From a virus (taxonomy: Duplodnaviria; Heunggongvirae; Uroviricota; Caudoviricetes): DNA of 27,207 nt. Of the stretch, positions 8,335 to 18,167 are shown piece after piece (position 1 is the first letter of the stretch; every line of letters begins with the position of its first letter). The position numbers and the translations under genes are program-made. The notes beneath the pieces are model-generated. The model saw only the letters and a list, made by a program, of their open reading frames with translations, was not told where the DNA came from and ran no database searches. The DNA is taken from IMG/VR virus record IMGVR_UViG_2619619134_000016. One strand, 5' to 3'.

Positions 8335-8640
8335 TTATCGACAGGTCAGGTCACCGCTCACCCGCCGACGAGAAAGCAACACTGACATGCTAAAGCAAAA
8401 AATAGATGAATAAGTTGAGTTGTGCATATGTAGCCTGACCGTCACAAAGTATATGGTGTCTGTACCAGTAAGATGATGGCCGGACTCTTTAAAAACGAGC
8501 TGACCTGCACAATACAGGATGGACTTAGCAATGGCTGCTCCTGGCACAAAGCGGACAGTGATCACCGTTCTTACGACTACTTTCTGACTTCCTTCGTGAC
8601 TTGCCCTAAGCATGTTGTAGTGCGATACTTGTAATGACAT
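8335..8640 (-). CDS. ydfV: Hypothetical prophage protein, 101 aa
   Basis: 101-aa ORF between flxA and relB, matching the size and position of ydfV in Qin. Its 5' end overlaps the relBE promoter region, so start and expression are uncertain. Confidence 0.5.
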   Translation of the reverse strand: MSLQVSHYNMLRASHEGSQKVVVRTVITVRFVPGAAIAKSILYCAGQLVFKESGHHLTGTDTIYFVTVRLHMHNSTYSSIFCFSMSVLLSRRRVSGDLTCR

Positions 8641-8653
8641 TTGTAATTACAAG
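8601..8653 (+). promoter_or_regulatory. relBE promoter and operator: -35 TTGCCC (8601..8606), -10 GATACT (8624..8629), operator repeats CTTGTAATGACATTTGTAATTACAAG (8628..8653)
   Basis: TTGTAAT/ATTACAA inverted-repeat operator read directly upstream of relB; consistent with RelB/RelE autoregulation at relO. Confidence 0.65.
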
Positions 8654-8664
8654 AGGTGTAAGAC

Positions 8665-8904
8665 ATGGGTAGCATTAACCTGCGTATTGACGATGAACTT
8701 AAAGCGCGTTCTTACGCCGCGCTTGAAAAAATGGGTGTAACTCCTTCTGAAGCGCTTCGTCTCATGCTCGAGTATATCGCTGACAATGAACGCTTGCCGT
8801 TCAAACAGACACTCCTGAGTGATGAAGATGCTGAACTTGTGGAGATAGTGAAAGAACGGCTTCGTAATCCTAAGCCAGTACGTGTGACGCTGGATGAACT
8901 CTGA
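8665..8904 (+). CDS. relB: RelB antitoxin, 79 aa
   Basis: Product MGSINLRIDDELKARSYAALEKMGVTPSEALRLMLEYIADNERLPFKQTLLSDEDAELVEIVKERLRNPKPVRVTLDEL matches RelB as I recall it; stop overlaps the relE start (TGATG). Confidence 0.9.
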   Translation: MGSINLRIDDELKARSYAALEKMGVTPSEALRLMLEYIADNERLPFKQTLLSDEDAELVEIVKERLRNPKPVRVTLDEL

Positions 8905-9191
8905 TGGCGTATTTTCTGGATTTTGACGAGCGGGCACTAAAGGAATGGCGAAAGCTGGGCTCGACGGTACGTGAACAGTTGAAAAAGAAGCTGGTTGAAG
9001 TACTTGAGTCACCCCGGATTGAAGCAAACAAGCTCCGTGGTATGCCTGATTGTTACAAGATTAAGCTCCGGTCTTCAGGCTATCGCCTTGTATACCAGGT
9101 TATAGACGAGAAAGTTGTCGTTTTCGTGATTTCTGTTGGGAAAAGAGAACGCTCGGAAGTATATAGCGAGGCGGTCAAACGCATTCTCTGA
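8904..9191 (+). CDS. relE: RelE toxin (ribosome-dependent mRNA endonuclease), 95 aa
   Basis: Product MAYFLDFDERALKEWRKLGSTVREQLKKKLVEVLESPRIEANKLRGMPDCYKIKLRSSGYRLVYQVIDEKVVVFVISVGKRERSEVYSEAVKRIL matches RelE. Confidence 0.9.
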   Translation: MAYFLDFDERALKEWRKLGSTVREQLKKKLVEVLESPRIEANKLRGMPDCYKIKLRSSGYRLVYQVIDEKVVVFVISVGKRERSEVYSEAVKRIL

Positions 9192-9262
9192 ACCAAAGCA
9201 TGACATCTCTGTTTCGCACCGAAGGTGACACTTCTGCTTTGCGTTGACAGGAGAAGCAGGCT

Positions 9263-9418
9263 ATGAAGCAGCAAAAGGCGATGTTAATCGCCCTGATCGT
9301 CATCTGTTTAACCGTCATAGTGACGGCACTGGTAACGAGGAAAGACCTCTGCGAGGTACGAATCCGAACCGGCCAGACGGAGGTCGCTGTCTTCACAGCT
9401 TACGAACCTGAGGAGTAA
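9263..9418 (+). CDS. hokD: Hok-family membrane toxin HokD (RelF), 51 aa
   Basis: Hand translation from ATG 9263 to TAA 9416..9418 gives MKQQKAMLIALIVICLTVIVTALVTRKDLCEVRIRTGQTEVAVFTAYEPEE; below the track cutoff. Confidence 0.85.
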   Translation: MKQQKAMLIALIVICLTVIVTALVTRKDLCEVRIRTGQTEVAVFTAYEPEE

Positions 9419-9486
9419 GAGACCCGGCGGGGGAGAAATCCCTCGCCACCTCTGATGTGGCAGGCATCCTCAACGCACCCGCACTT

Positions 9487-9510
9487 AACCCGCTTCGGCG
9501 GGTTTTTGTT
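9487..9510 (+). terminator. Rho-independent terminator after the relB-relE-hokD operon
   Basis: GC-rich hairpin ACCCGC-TTCG-GCGGGT followed by a T-run. Confidence 0.6.
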
Positions 9511-9634
9511 TTTATTTTCAACGCGTTTGAAGTTCTGGACGGTGCCGGAATAGAATCAAAAATACTTAAGTAGCGCGCAGGGATAAGAGGGATGGTCCCT
9601 TAAAGGGGAGAGCTAATTATCCGGAAGGATTCTG

Positions 9635-9886
9635 ATGATGAACATCGAAGAACTGCGTAAAATTTTTTGTGAAGATGGCCTCTATGCTGTGTGCGTTGAA
9701 AATGGAAATCTTGTTAGTCATTACCGCATTATGTGTTTGCGAAAGAATGGGGCTGCGTTAATTAATTTTGTGGATGCTCGGGTCACGGACGGATTTATCT
9801 TGCGCGAAGGTGAGTTTGTCACTTCATTACAGGCATTGAAAGAGATCGGAATAAAAGCTGGCTTTTCTGCTTTTTCAGGAGAATAA
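9635..9886 (+). CDS. rem: Rem, small prophage protein, 83 aa
   Basis: 83-aa ORF immediately downstream of hokD, matching rem by size and position. Confidence 0.6.
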   Translation: MMNIEELRKIFCEDGLYAVCVENGNLVSHYRIMCLRKNGAALINFVDARVTDGFILREGEFVTSLQALKEIGIKAGFSAFSGE

Positions 9887-9952
9887 ACTCATCTACAATC
9901 TTGCGCGGGGCTGAACTCCCGCTGAGTAACACCGTGCCACCGGAGAAAACCG

Positions 9953-10231
9953 ATGGCACGCAACGCAAAATATTACAATTCTGATAATTCGCCCGTTCTT
10001 GCCTGCACGCACGGGCGGTATTCTCACGCATTCAAGTCTGAATGGTTCCAGCACCCTCCATGCACTGCAGAACAGGCCGAATGGCTGATTCATTCTTACC
10101 GCAGGCGCGGGTTCGAGGTTAAGAAAGCTCTCAGTCTCGACTATCGGCACTGGATAATCTCTGTCAGGCTGCCTTATTCCGAACGCCCACCACGTGCGTC
10201 CCGCACTTTCCAGCAACGGATCTGGAGGTAA
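9953..10231 (+). CDS. Hypothetical protein, 92 aa
   Basis: ATG at 9953 preceded by a GGAGAA Shine-Dalgarno; ends 2 nt before the ydfU start, suggesting co-transcription. Confidence 0.4.
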   Translation: MARNAKYYNSDNSPVLACTHGRYSHAFKSEWFQHPPCTAEQAEWLIHSYRRRGFEVKKALSLDYRHWIISVRLPYSERPPRASRTFQQRIWR

Positions 10232-10232
10232 C

Positions 10233-11282
10233 GTGCGGGTATTACTTAGACCTGTTCTGGTGCCTGAGCTTGGGCTGGTGGTCCTTAAGCCGGGCCGTGA
10301 ATCCATACAGATATTTCATAATCCTCGAGTGCTGGTGGAACCGGAACCAAAAAGCATGCGTAATCTGCCATCCGGAGTCGTTCCTGCCGTTCGCCAGCCG
10401 CTGGCGGAAGACAAAACATTGCTGCCGTTTTTTAGTAACGAACGGGTGATTCGTGCTGCTGGCGGCGTTGGCGCATTGTCCGACTGGCTATTACGTCATG
10501 TTACATCCTGCCAGTGGCCTAATGGCGATTACCATCACACTGAAACAGTCATTCACCGTTATGGTACCGGCGCAATGGTGTTGTGCTGGCACTGCGACAA
10601 CCAACTGCGTGACCAGACATCGGAATCACTGGAGCTGCTTGCTCAACAAAATCTGACAGCATGGGTGATTGACGTCATCCGTCACGCAATAAGCGGTACG
10701 CAGGAGCGGGAATTATCTTTGGCTGAATTATCCTGGTGGGCGGTCTGCAATCAGGTGGTGGATGCACTACCTGAGGCTGTATCGCGTCGTTCGCTGGGAT
10801 TACCAGCGGAAAAAATCTGCTCGGTGTACCGCGAAAGCGACATCGTACCGGGAGAGCAGACCGCCACCAGCATATTGAAACAACGCACAAAAAATCTTGC
10901 ACCGTTGCCTTACGCCCACCAGCAACAAAAATCACCACAGGAAAAGACGGTGGTAAGCATCACCGTTGATCCAGAGTCTCCGGAATCTTTCATGAAGCTG
11001 CCTAAACGTCGCCGCTGGGTTAAGGAGAAATACACACGTTGGGTTAAGACACAGCCGTGTGCTTGCTGCGGTATGCCAGCCGACGATTCGCATCATCTGA
11101 TTGGTCACGGGCAGGGCGGAATGGGAACAAAAGCACATGATCTCTTTGTGTTGCCTTTGTGCAGAAAGCATCACAACGAGCTGCATACGGATACAGTGGC
11201 ATTTGAAGATAAGTATGGCTCCCAACTGGAGCTGATATTTCGTTTTATCGATCGCGCGCTGGCAATTGGCGTACTGGCGTAA
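10233..11282 (+). CDS. ydfU: YdfU-like protein with C-terminal Cys/His (HNH-like) motif, 349 aa from GTG 10233
   Basis: Track ORF is 362 aa from an upstream GTG; a start at GTG 10233 gives 349 aa, the size I recall for YdfU. C-terminus carries CACCGMPADDSHHLIGHG...CRKHHNELH, an HNH/zinc-finger-like pattern. Confidence 0.6.
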   Translation: MRVLLRPVLVPELGLVVLKPGRESIQIFHNPRVLVEPEPKSMRNLPSGVVPAVRQPLAEDKTLLPFFSNERVIRAAGGVGALSDWLLRHVTSCQWPNGDYHHTETVIHRYGTGAMVLCWHCDNQLRDQTSESLELLAQQNLTAWVIDVIRHAISGTQERELSLAELSWWAVCNQVVDALPEAVSRRSLGLPAEKICSVYRESDIVPGEQTATSILKQRTKNLAPLPYAHQQQKSPQEKTVVSITVDPESPESFMKLPKRRRWVKEKYTRWVKTQPCACCGMPADDSHHLIGHGQGGMGTKAHDLFVLPLCRKHHNELHTDTVAFEDKYGSQLELIFRFIDRALAIGVLA

Positions 11283-11295
11283 GTGGAGAACGAGC

Positions 11296-12048
11296 ATGAA
11301 CCTTGAAGCCTTACCAAAATATTACTCCCCAAAATCTCCAAAATTGAGCGATGACGCTCCAGCGACAGGCACCGGTTGTTTAACAATTACGGATGTAATG
11401 GCAGCGCAGGGGATGGTGCAGTCGAAAGCACCACTTGGGTTGGCCTTATTTCTGGCAAAAGTTGGTGTTCAGGACCCTCAGTTTGCGATTGAAGGCCTGC
11501 TAAATTACGCGATGGCACTGGATAACCCGACATTGAACAAATTGAGTGAAGAAATCCGGTTACAGATTATTCCTTACCTCGTGAGTTTTGCATTTGCTGA
11601 TTACTCCAGGTCTGCGGCAAGTAAGGCTCGCTGTGAGCATTGTTCAGGTACGGGATTTTATAATGTATTGCGCGAAGTGGTGAAACACTACAGACGCGGG
11701 GAATCTGTAATCAAGGAAGAATGGGTGAAGGAACTATGTCAGCATTGCCATGGTAAGGGCGAAGCCAGCACAGCGTGCAGAGGGTGTAAGGGTAAAGGGA
11801 TTGTTCTGGATGAAAAAAGAACCCGGTTTCATGGCGTACCGGTATATAAGATTTGTGGGCGTTGTAATGGAAACCGGTTTAGTCGTTTACCGACCACGCT
11901 GGCACGACGTCATGTCCAGAAGCTGGTACCAGACCTGACCGATTATCAGTGGTATAAGGGGTATGCGGACGTCATTGGTAAACTGGTAACAAAGTGCTGG
12001 CAGGAAGAAGCATACGCGGAAGCGCAATTGAGGAAGGTGACGAGATAA
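11296..12048 (+). CDS. quuQ: Late-gene antiterminator Q, 250 aa from ATG 11296
   Basis: Cys-rich region (CEHCSGTG...CQHCHGKG...CRGCKGKG) typical of Q-family zinc-binding antiterminators; position just upstream of the lysis/late region; 250 aa matches QuuQ. Confidence 0.7.
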   Translation: MNLEALPKYYSPKSPKLSDDAPATGTGCLTITDVMAAQGMVQSKAPLGLALFLAKVGVQDPQFAIEGLLNYAMALDNPTLNKLSEEIRLQIIPYLVSFAFADYSRSAASKARCEHCSGTGFYNVLREVVKHYRRGESVIKEEWVKELCQHCHGKGEASTACRGCKGKGIVLDEKRTRFHGVPVYKICGRCNGNRFSRLPTTLARRHVQKLVPDLTDYQWYKGYADVIGKLVTKCWQEEAYAEAQLRKVTR

Positions 12049-12154
12049 ATGATTTTTGCTGAAGATGGCGACATGATGTTTGCATTTTTCAAAAAATATG
12101 GATAAAATTTTTTCAACGATGGGCTTTGTATACCCGACGTTAAGAAAAAGTAGA

Positions 12155-12178
12155 AAACCCGCTGATGAGCGGGTTTTG
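12155..12178 (+). terminator. Rho-independent terminator downstream of Q; candidate tR' of the late operon
   Basis: Hairpin CCCGCT-GATG-AGCGGG followed by a T-run, about 110 nt after the Q stop. Confidence 0.55.
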
Positions 12179-12469
12179 TGCTTTAAATGGGGCAATGGTA
12201 ATGTTGAATCTCATCCCGGGACTCATGTCTGTTAACTTATTATTTAGCTGGTGACTTGGTTATTTGCCTGATGTTTAAAATGTTTTCTTCCAGTACAATG
12301 TCCCTAAACACAATGAGTCTGCTTATTATATTATTAGCAGAGCTATTACGGCCAAAGTACAGCATAAGATTTTAAAGCCAATCAACCAGTCATCAAGACA
12401 GACGGAGTTATTCATAAAAACTCTCCATGTGTGATCCGATGGGGCCTGAAATTAAAGCTTTAATATAGC

Positions 12470-12670
12470 TCATGAAAGGTAAACATTGGCAGCTGAAGGG
12501 CCACGCAGACCATTTATCCGGTAAAATTCCACGCGTAATCCGGTGGTAATTTCTTCTGCATCGCGGAGATTGAGCGCTGAAACATGAAGCTGGACATCGA
12601 TACGACCATCGGATGGGGTGATAAGACCCTTGCCGCTTTTGCCGTCAAAGTTTTTGACAATTCCTGTCAT
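12470..12670 (-). CDS. cspF: Cold-shock-domain protein, 66 aa
   Basis: Product [66 protein letters not shown] is a CspA-family fold; divergent partner of cspB as in Qin. An in-frame stop lies 5 codons upstream of the ATG, so the product is 66 aa. Confidence 0.7.
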   Translation of the reverse strand: MTGIVKNFDGKSGKGLITPSDGRIDVQLHVSALNLRDAEEITTGLRVEFYRINGLRGPSAANVYLS

Positions 12671-12980
12671 TTTAGGGGACAGAAAAACTCCTTAATACTG
12701 ATAACCTGGTGCACCATACACACGTTCCTGGAGAAAACTACTTTTTTGATAGGATTGAAGGTGGCTGGATGTCTAAAATAAACATTGCTTCATATGTTCA
12801 ACTATGAGTTAATGACTGCGTCGGTTTGAAGAACAGACGATATACGAAGTAGTTTACTAAAGCAGTTCTCATTTCAGGTGTTATTCACTTATTCCTTCTT
12901 TGAGTCTCTCCAATTAAGTACGAAGTCGTTTCTGTTATGCAAACCATTTATGCCGAAAGGCTCAAGTTAAGGAATGTAGA

Positions 12981-13196
12981 ATGTCAAATAAAATGACTGG
13001 TTTAGTAAAATGGTTTAACGCTGATAAAGGTTTCGGCTTTATTTCTCCTGTTGATGGTAGTAAAGATGTGTTTGTGCATTTTTCTGCGATTCAGAATGAT
13101 AATTATCGAACCTTATTTGAAGGTCAAAAGGTTACCTTCTCTATAGAGAGTGGTGCTAAAGGTCCTGCAGCAGTAAATGTCATCATTACTGATTAA
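12981..13196 (+). CDS. cspB: Cold-shock protein CspB, 71 aa
   Basis: [71 protein letters not shown]; CspA family with RNP motifs; long 5' leader typical of cold-shock genes. Confidence 0.85.
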   Translation: MSNKMTGLVKWFNADKGFGFISPVDGSKDVFVHFSAIQNDNYRTLFEGQKVTFSIESGAKGPAAVNVIITD

Positions 13197-13477
13197 AATT
13201 CATCGCTCGTCTGTATACGATAACGAAGAAGGCTGATGCCTGAGTAGAGATACGGACAGAGTAGTGAATATTGGATCTCTTTAATAAAAAGTAAGGAGGT
13301 CCAATACATGAAACAATGGCCAGCATATTTGGCAAAATCTTAATCAGGAAAAGTATGCTAACCATTGTGGTGAAGTGCAGGTTTGCTGCATGAATAGTTT
13401 CACAGCAGAAGCTAACTGCTGGCATCGCAAAACAAAGTGCGTAAGTGGATGACTCCCACAAAAAGCACCACAATCTC

Positions 13478-13502
13478 AAACCCGCTCAGGCGGGTTTTTT
13501 AT
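13478..13502 (+). terminator. Hairpin plus T-run terminator
   Basis: AAACCCGC-TCAG-GCGGGTTT followed by TTTTTT. Confidence 0.5.
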
Positions 13503-13559
13503 TATCTGCTTTAAATATATTATTAAAATATAAAAAATACTTGTTACTAATAAAATCAA

Positions 13560-13730
13560 TCAGGCTACAGCTTTAAGATTTGTCTGGAATACTTTGTTGC
13601 AATGAGGGCAGATCAAAAGGGCACCTTTTTGTACTCTTGAAAAACTGTGTTCTGACTCTTGGGTGCAGTTTGGGCAGGAACATTTAACGAGATAATTACG
13701 GCGTGATTTTGAGTCTTTACGTTCTGACAT
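13560..13730 (-). CDS. Small zinc-ribbon protein, 56 aa (CxxC...CxxC); possibly the YnfU small protein
   Basis: Internal ATG at 13730..13728 with an AGGAAA Shine-Dalgarno gives MSERKDSKSRRNYLVKCSCPNCTQESEHSFSRVQKGALLICPHCNKVFQTNLKAVA; two Cys pairs form a zinc-ribbon signature. Confidence 0.45.
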   Translation of the reverse strand: MSERKDSKSRRNYLVKCSCPNCTQESEHSFSRVQKGALLICPHCNKVFQTNLKAVA

Positions 13731-13949
13731 AGGCTTTTCCTGTATAAATGGCCGTATACAGTACACTAAATATGAAAACATTTCTCGTATTATTATTTTA
13801 TATATGACTTTCTTTCAAAATAATTACCCACATTTTTAATGTGTATGTTTTTTTAGCGCCGTTGAGAACAACGTGTGCTGTCAAAACTACCCCGTAGACT
13901 CCGATCTTTTCAAACATATTGCACCATCCGTGTACATCGGGGTGAGGAT

Positions 13950-14165
13950 ATGAAATCAATGGATAAGTTAACAACAGGTGTTGCCTATGGCACATCGGCG
14001 GGTAATGCTGGTTTCTGGGCATTGCAGTTACTCGATAAAGTAACTCCGTCACAGTGGGCTGCAATCGGTGTGCTGGGTAGCCTGGTTTTTGGCCTGCTGA
14101 CGTATCTGACAAATCTTTATTTCAAGATTAAAGAAGACAGGCGTAAGGCTGCGAGAGGAGAGTAA
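13950..14165 (+). CDS. essQ: Holin (class II/pinholin-like), 71 aa
   Basis: ATG at 13950 after a GGTGAGGA Shine-Dalgarno; product has two hydrophobic segments and a charged C-terminus; first gene of the lysis cassette. Confidence 0.75.
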   Translation: MKSMDKLTTGVAYGTSAGNAGFWALQLLDKVTPSQWAAIGVLGSLVFGLLTYLTNLYFKIKEDRRKAARGE

Positions 14166-14169
14166 TCCA

Positions 14170-14477
14170 ATGACTCAAGACTATGAACTGGTTGTGAAAG
14201 GAGTCCGTAATTTTGAGAATAAAGTTACGGTAACTGTAGCCTTACAGGACAAGGAACGCTTTGACGGTGAAATTTTTGACCTGGATGTCGCCATGGACCG
14301 TGTTGAAGGAGCTGCGCTGGAGTTTTATGAGGCAGCAGCCAGAAGGAGCGTCCGGCAAGTCTTCCTGGAAGTAGCAGAAAAATTGTCAGAAAAAGTTGAG
14401 TCTTATCTGCAGCATCAGTACTCCTTTAAGATTGAAAATCCTGCCAATAAGCACGAGCGTCCTCATCATAAATATAT

Positions 14478-14481
<4 letters not shown>
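14170..14481 (+). CDS. ydfR: Hypothetical lysis-cassette protein, 103 aa
   Basis: 103-aa ORF between holin and lysozyme; matches ydfR by size and position. Confidence 0.6.
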
Positions 14482-15505
<1,024 letters not shown>

Positions 15506-15866
15506 GGTAATATTAAATCGGAACATTTACATCGCGGAATGTAAAATTTAAATAAAAAGGACTCTTCCATGAGCCAAAATTCCTGAAATCTTAAGGGTAA
15601 GATAAAAGGTCTTAATCAGAATGACACGTTTTATTAATAAATAAAGCTATTCTTTCATTGCTGTGTTTTTCTTTACAAAAGTAATCCTTGCTATGGGTGG
15701 TTAATCATGCGTTAATGGTGTTCTGGTTTGTTACAAATTTATCTGAAGCAGTCATTGTTATAATTTTATTATTTGTACCTCTTGAGATTTCCTTGTTGGT
15801 TTTTCTCTCTGATATTTTTTTCGGACCATTCTGCCCAAGGGCTAATTTCTTCAAAAGGTAATAATT

Positions 15867-16079
15867 ATGTCTAACAAAATGACTGGTTTAGTGAAATGGT
15901 TTAACCCTGAAAAAGGTTTTGGTTTCATCACGCCGAAAGATGGCAGCAAAGATGTGTTTGTCCATTTCTCAGCAATTCAGAGCAACGATTTCAAAACATT
16001 AACTGAGAATCAGGAAGTTGAATTTGGTATTGAGAACGGACCTAAAGGTCCTGCCGCTGTTCATGTAGTGGCGCTTTGA
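15867..16079 (+). CDS. cspI: Cold-shock protein CspI, 70 aa
   Basis: [70 protein letters not shown]; CspA family. Confidence 0.85.
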   Translation: MSNKMTGLVKWFNPEKGFGFITPKDGSKDVFVHFSAIQSNDFKTLTENQEVEFGIENGPKGPAAVHVVAL

Positions 16080-16284
16080 GGTAGACAATATTACAAACCA
16101 TATTCACTTTAGATGCCCGTGTTGTCATGGTTCCCAGTATAGAACATCATCTTTTGATGTTTCTGACATGAATCCTTTCGGGGCAAAATGTATCTTTTGT
16201 AAATCAATGATGATTACATTTGATAATATTTCACAATACTTAAATGCCAGCCGTCTGTCGTTGGATTTAAAAAAGTGAAAATGA

Positions 16285-16308
16285 AGGCTCCTTCGGGAGC
16301 TTTTTTGC
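16285..16308 (+). terminator. Rho-independent terminator downstream of cspI
   Basis: Hairpin GCTCC-TTCG-GGAGC followed by TTTTTT. Confidence 0.6.
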
Positions 16309-16350
16309 TTGGTGTCTATTCGATGGATACTCACATACTACGGTAACATC

Positions 16351-16581
16351 ATGAAAAAAATCATAGTTTTTTTTAACTCTGAACCAGCAGTGGTAGTGCC
16401 AGCGATGACTGGAGTTAACACCATCATGCGTGAATATCCAAATGGCGAAAAAACACACCTTACTGTAATGGCCGCAGGGTTTCCATCTCTGACCGGAGAT
16501 CATAAAGTCATTTATGTAGCCGCGGATCGACATGTTACTTCAGAAGAAATTCTGGAAGCAGCAATAAGGCTCTTGAGTTGA
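16351..16581 (+). CDS. Hypothetical protein, 76 aa from ATG 16351
   Basis: Track ORF only; weak ribosome-binding site; starts right after a terminator. Confidence 0.25.
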   Translation: MKKIIVFFNSEPAVVVPAMTGVNTIMREYPNGEKTHLTVMAAGFPSLTGDHKVIYVAADRHVTSEEILEAAIRLLS

Positions 16582-16752
16582 TTTGATGCTATTGCATTGA
16601 TAATTCAGGAAAATTCTCTTTGTCTGTTTGTGTAAAATTTAGACTATCGTATGTTGATTATTGCGATGTTTCATCTTATCTTTTAAACGTTTGCACCATA
16701 TAATCGACTTACTGTGTAACTGGAAAGTCATAACAGACTAAAAGAGGAAATG

Positions 16753-16926
16753 ATGAATATTGAAAACTTAAAAACAAAAGCAGAAGCAGATATTTCTGAA
16801 TATATAACAAAAAAAATTATTGAACTTAAGAAAAAGACCGGGAAAGAAGTTACCAGTATTCAGTTTACCGCACGGGAAAAAATGACGGGTCTTGAAAGCT
16901 ATGATGTCAAGATTAATTTAATCTGA
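16753..16926 (+). CDS. gnsB: GnsB, small protein, 57 aa
   Basis: Hand translation from ATG 16753 gives MNIENLKTKAEADISEYITKKIIELKKKTGKEVTSIQFTAREKMTGLESYDVKINLI; AAGAGGAAA Shine-Dalgarno upstream; matches GnsB as I recall it. Confidence 0.75.
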   Translation: MNIENLKTKAEADISEYITKKIIELKKKTGKEVTSIQFTAREKMTGLESYDVKINLI

Positions 16927-17077
16927 TGTATTCAATAATAAAATTTATCCATAAACCTCGTTTTTACGGGGTTTTGTTATATTTGAATGGTTCCGAATAT
17001 CTAAATCACAATTGTTGATGGTTTTTATTAAACCAATGCAGTCCGGCTCAGGAGTGAAAGAAGCCGGACGTTATGGT

Positions 17078-17488
17078 TTAGCGTGGTAAGATCTGTGTAG
17101 TTTTCTGGATGCTTTCAGTAAATGGTAATGAATTATCAAAGGTATAGTAATATCTTTTTTGTTCGTGGATATTTGTAACCCACCGAAAAACTCCTGCTTT
17201 AGCAAGGTTTCTTCTGTATTCCTGAAATGTGATCTCTCTGGATTTCAGCTTATTAGAGGTCGTTTCTATAAGATGCCTATCCTTTGAAAATTTGACAGAC
17301 ACAATGTTTTTTAGGCCCTTTAATAACACTGTATTATCATTTTTTAATACAATATGAACATTCTCTGTGGCTAAATAGTAAATGTAATGTGAGACATTGT
17401 GACGTTTTAGCTCAGAATAAAACCATTGATAGTTTAAATCGTTTCGAACTTTATCAAATATTTGTTTAAAAATGACTACCTGATCCAT
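17078..17488 (-). CDS. ydfO: YdfO-like protein, 136 aa from internal ATG 17488
   Basis: Track ORF is 141 aa; the second ATG has a GGAAGG Shine-Dalgarno and gives 136 aa, the size I recall for YdfO; position next to nohQ. Confidence 0.6.
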   Translation of the reverse strand: MDQVVIFKQIFDKVRNDLNYQWFYSELKRHNVSHYIYYLATENVHIVLKNDNTVLLKGLKNIVSVKFSKDRHLIETTSNKLKSREITFQEYRRNLAKAGVFRWVTNIHEQKRYYYTFDNSLPFTESIQKTTQILPR

Positions 17489-17545
17489 AGATAAACCTTC
17501 CATGTGATATGAGGGGGCGTAGTCTGCACGATTATCTAAATTGCT

Positions 17546-17779
17546 TCAATCTGGTCTGACCTGTTTTCTGAGCAATTCAGTAATGTCACTCTTTTCTTTG
17601 TTTGCTTCAGAAGAAACTCTTTTTTCTGAGCACAGTCTCCGGCGGCAGGCTTCAATGACCCAGGCTGAGAAATTCCCGGACCCTTTTTGCTCAAGAGCGA
17701 TGTTAATTTGTTCAATCATTTGGTTAGGAAAGCGGATGTTGCGGGTTGTTGTTCTGCGGGTTCTGTTCTTCGTTGACAT
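17546..17779 (-). CDS. ynfO: Small basic protein, 77 aa, possible ribbon-helix-helix regulator
   Basis: 77-aa ORF adjacent to ydfO; size and position match ynfO. Confidence 0.5.
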   Translation of the reverse strand: MSTKNRTRRTTTRNIRFPNQMIEQINIALEQKGSGNFSAWVIEACRRRLCSEKRVSSEANKEKSDITELLRKQVRPD

Positions 17780-17939
17780 GAGGTTGTCCCGTATTCAGTG
17801 TCGCTGATTTGTATTGTCTGAAGTTGTTTTTACGTTAAGTTGATGCAGATCAATTAATACGATATCTGCGTCATAATTGATTATTTGACGTGGTTTGATT
17901 GCGTAGATGCACGTTGTGACATGCAGATGATAATTATTA

Positions 17940-18160
17940 TCATTTTGCGGGTCCTTTCCGGCGATCCGACAGGTTACGGGGCGGCGACCTCGCGGGTTTT
18001 CGCTATTTATGAAAATTTTCCGGTTTAAGGCGTTTCCGTTCTTCTTCGTTGTAACTTAATGTTTTTATTTAAAATACCCCCTGAAAAGAAAGGAAACGAC
18101 AGGTGCTGAAAACGAGCTTTTGGGCCTCTGTCGTTTCCTTTCTCTGTTTTTGGCCGTGGA
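17940..18160 (+). other. Lambda-type cos packaging site: cosN 12-nt cohesive-end sequence GGGCGGCGACCT at 17979..17990, with flanking cosQ and cosB-like sequence upstream of Nu1
   Basis: 17941..18100 reads ...GCGATCCGACAGGTTACG GGGCGGCGACCT CGCGGGTTTTCGCTATTTATGAAAATTTTCCGGTTTAAGGCG..., which I recognise as the joined right and left ends of the phage lambda genome. Confidence 0.85.
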
Positions 18161-18167
18161 ATGAACA

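Noticed and set aside
8647-9027. 126-aa minus-strand ORF
   Set aside because: Antisense to relB and relE, which are confidently identified.
13186-13479. 97-aa minus-strand ORF downstream of cspB
   Set aside because: Low-complexity hydrophobic product, no ribosome-binding site; sits in the cspB 3' region that ends in a terminator.
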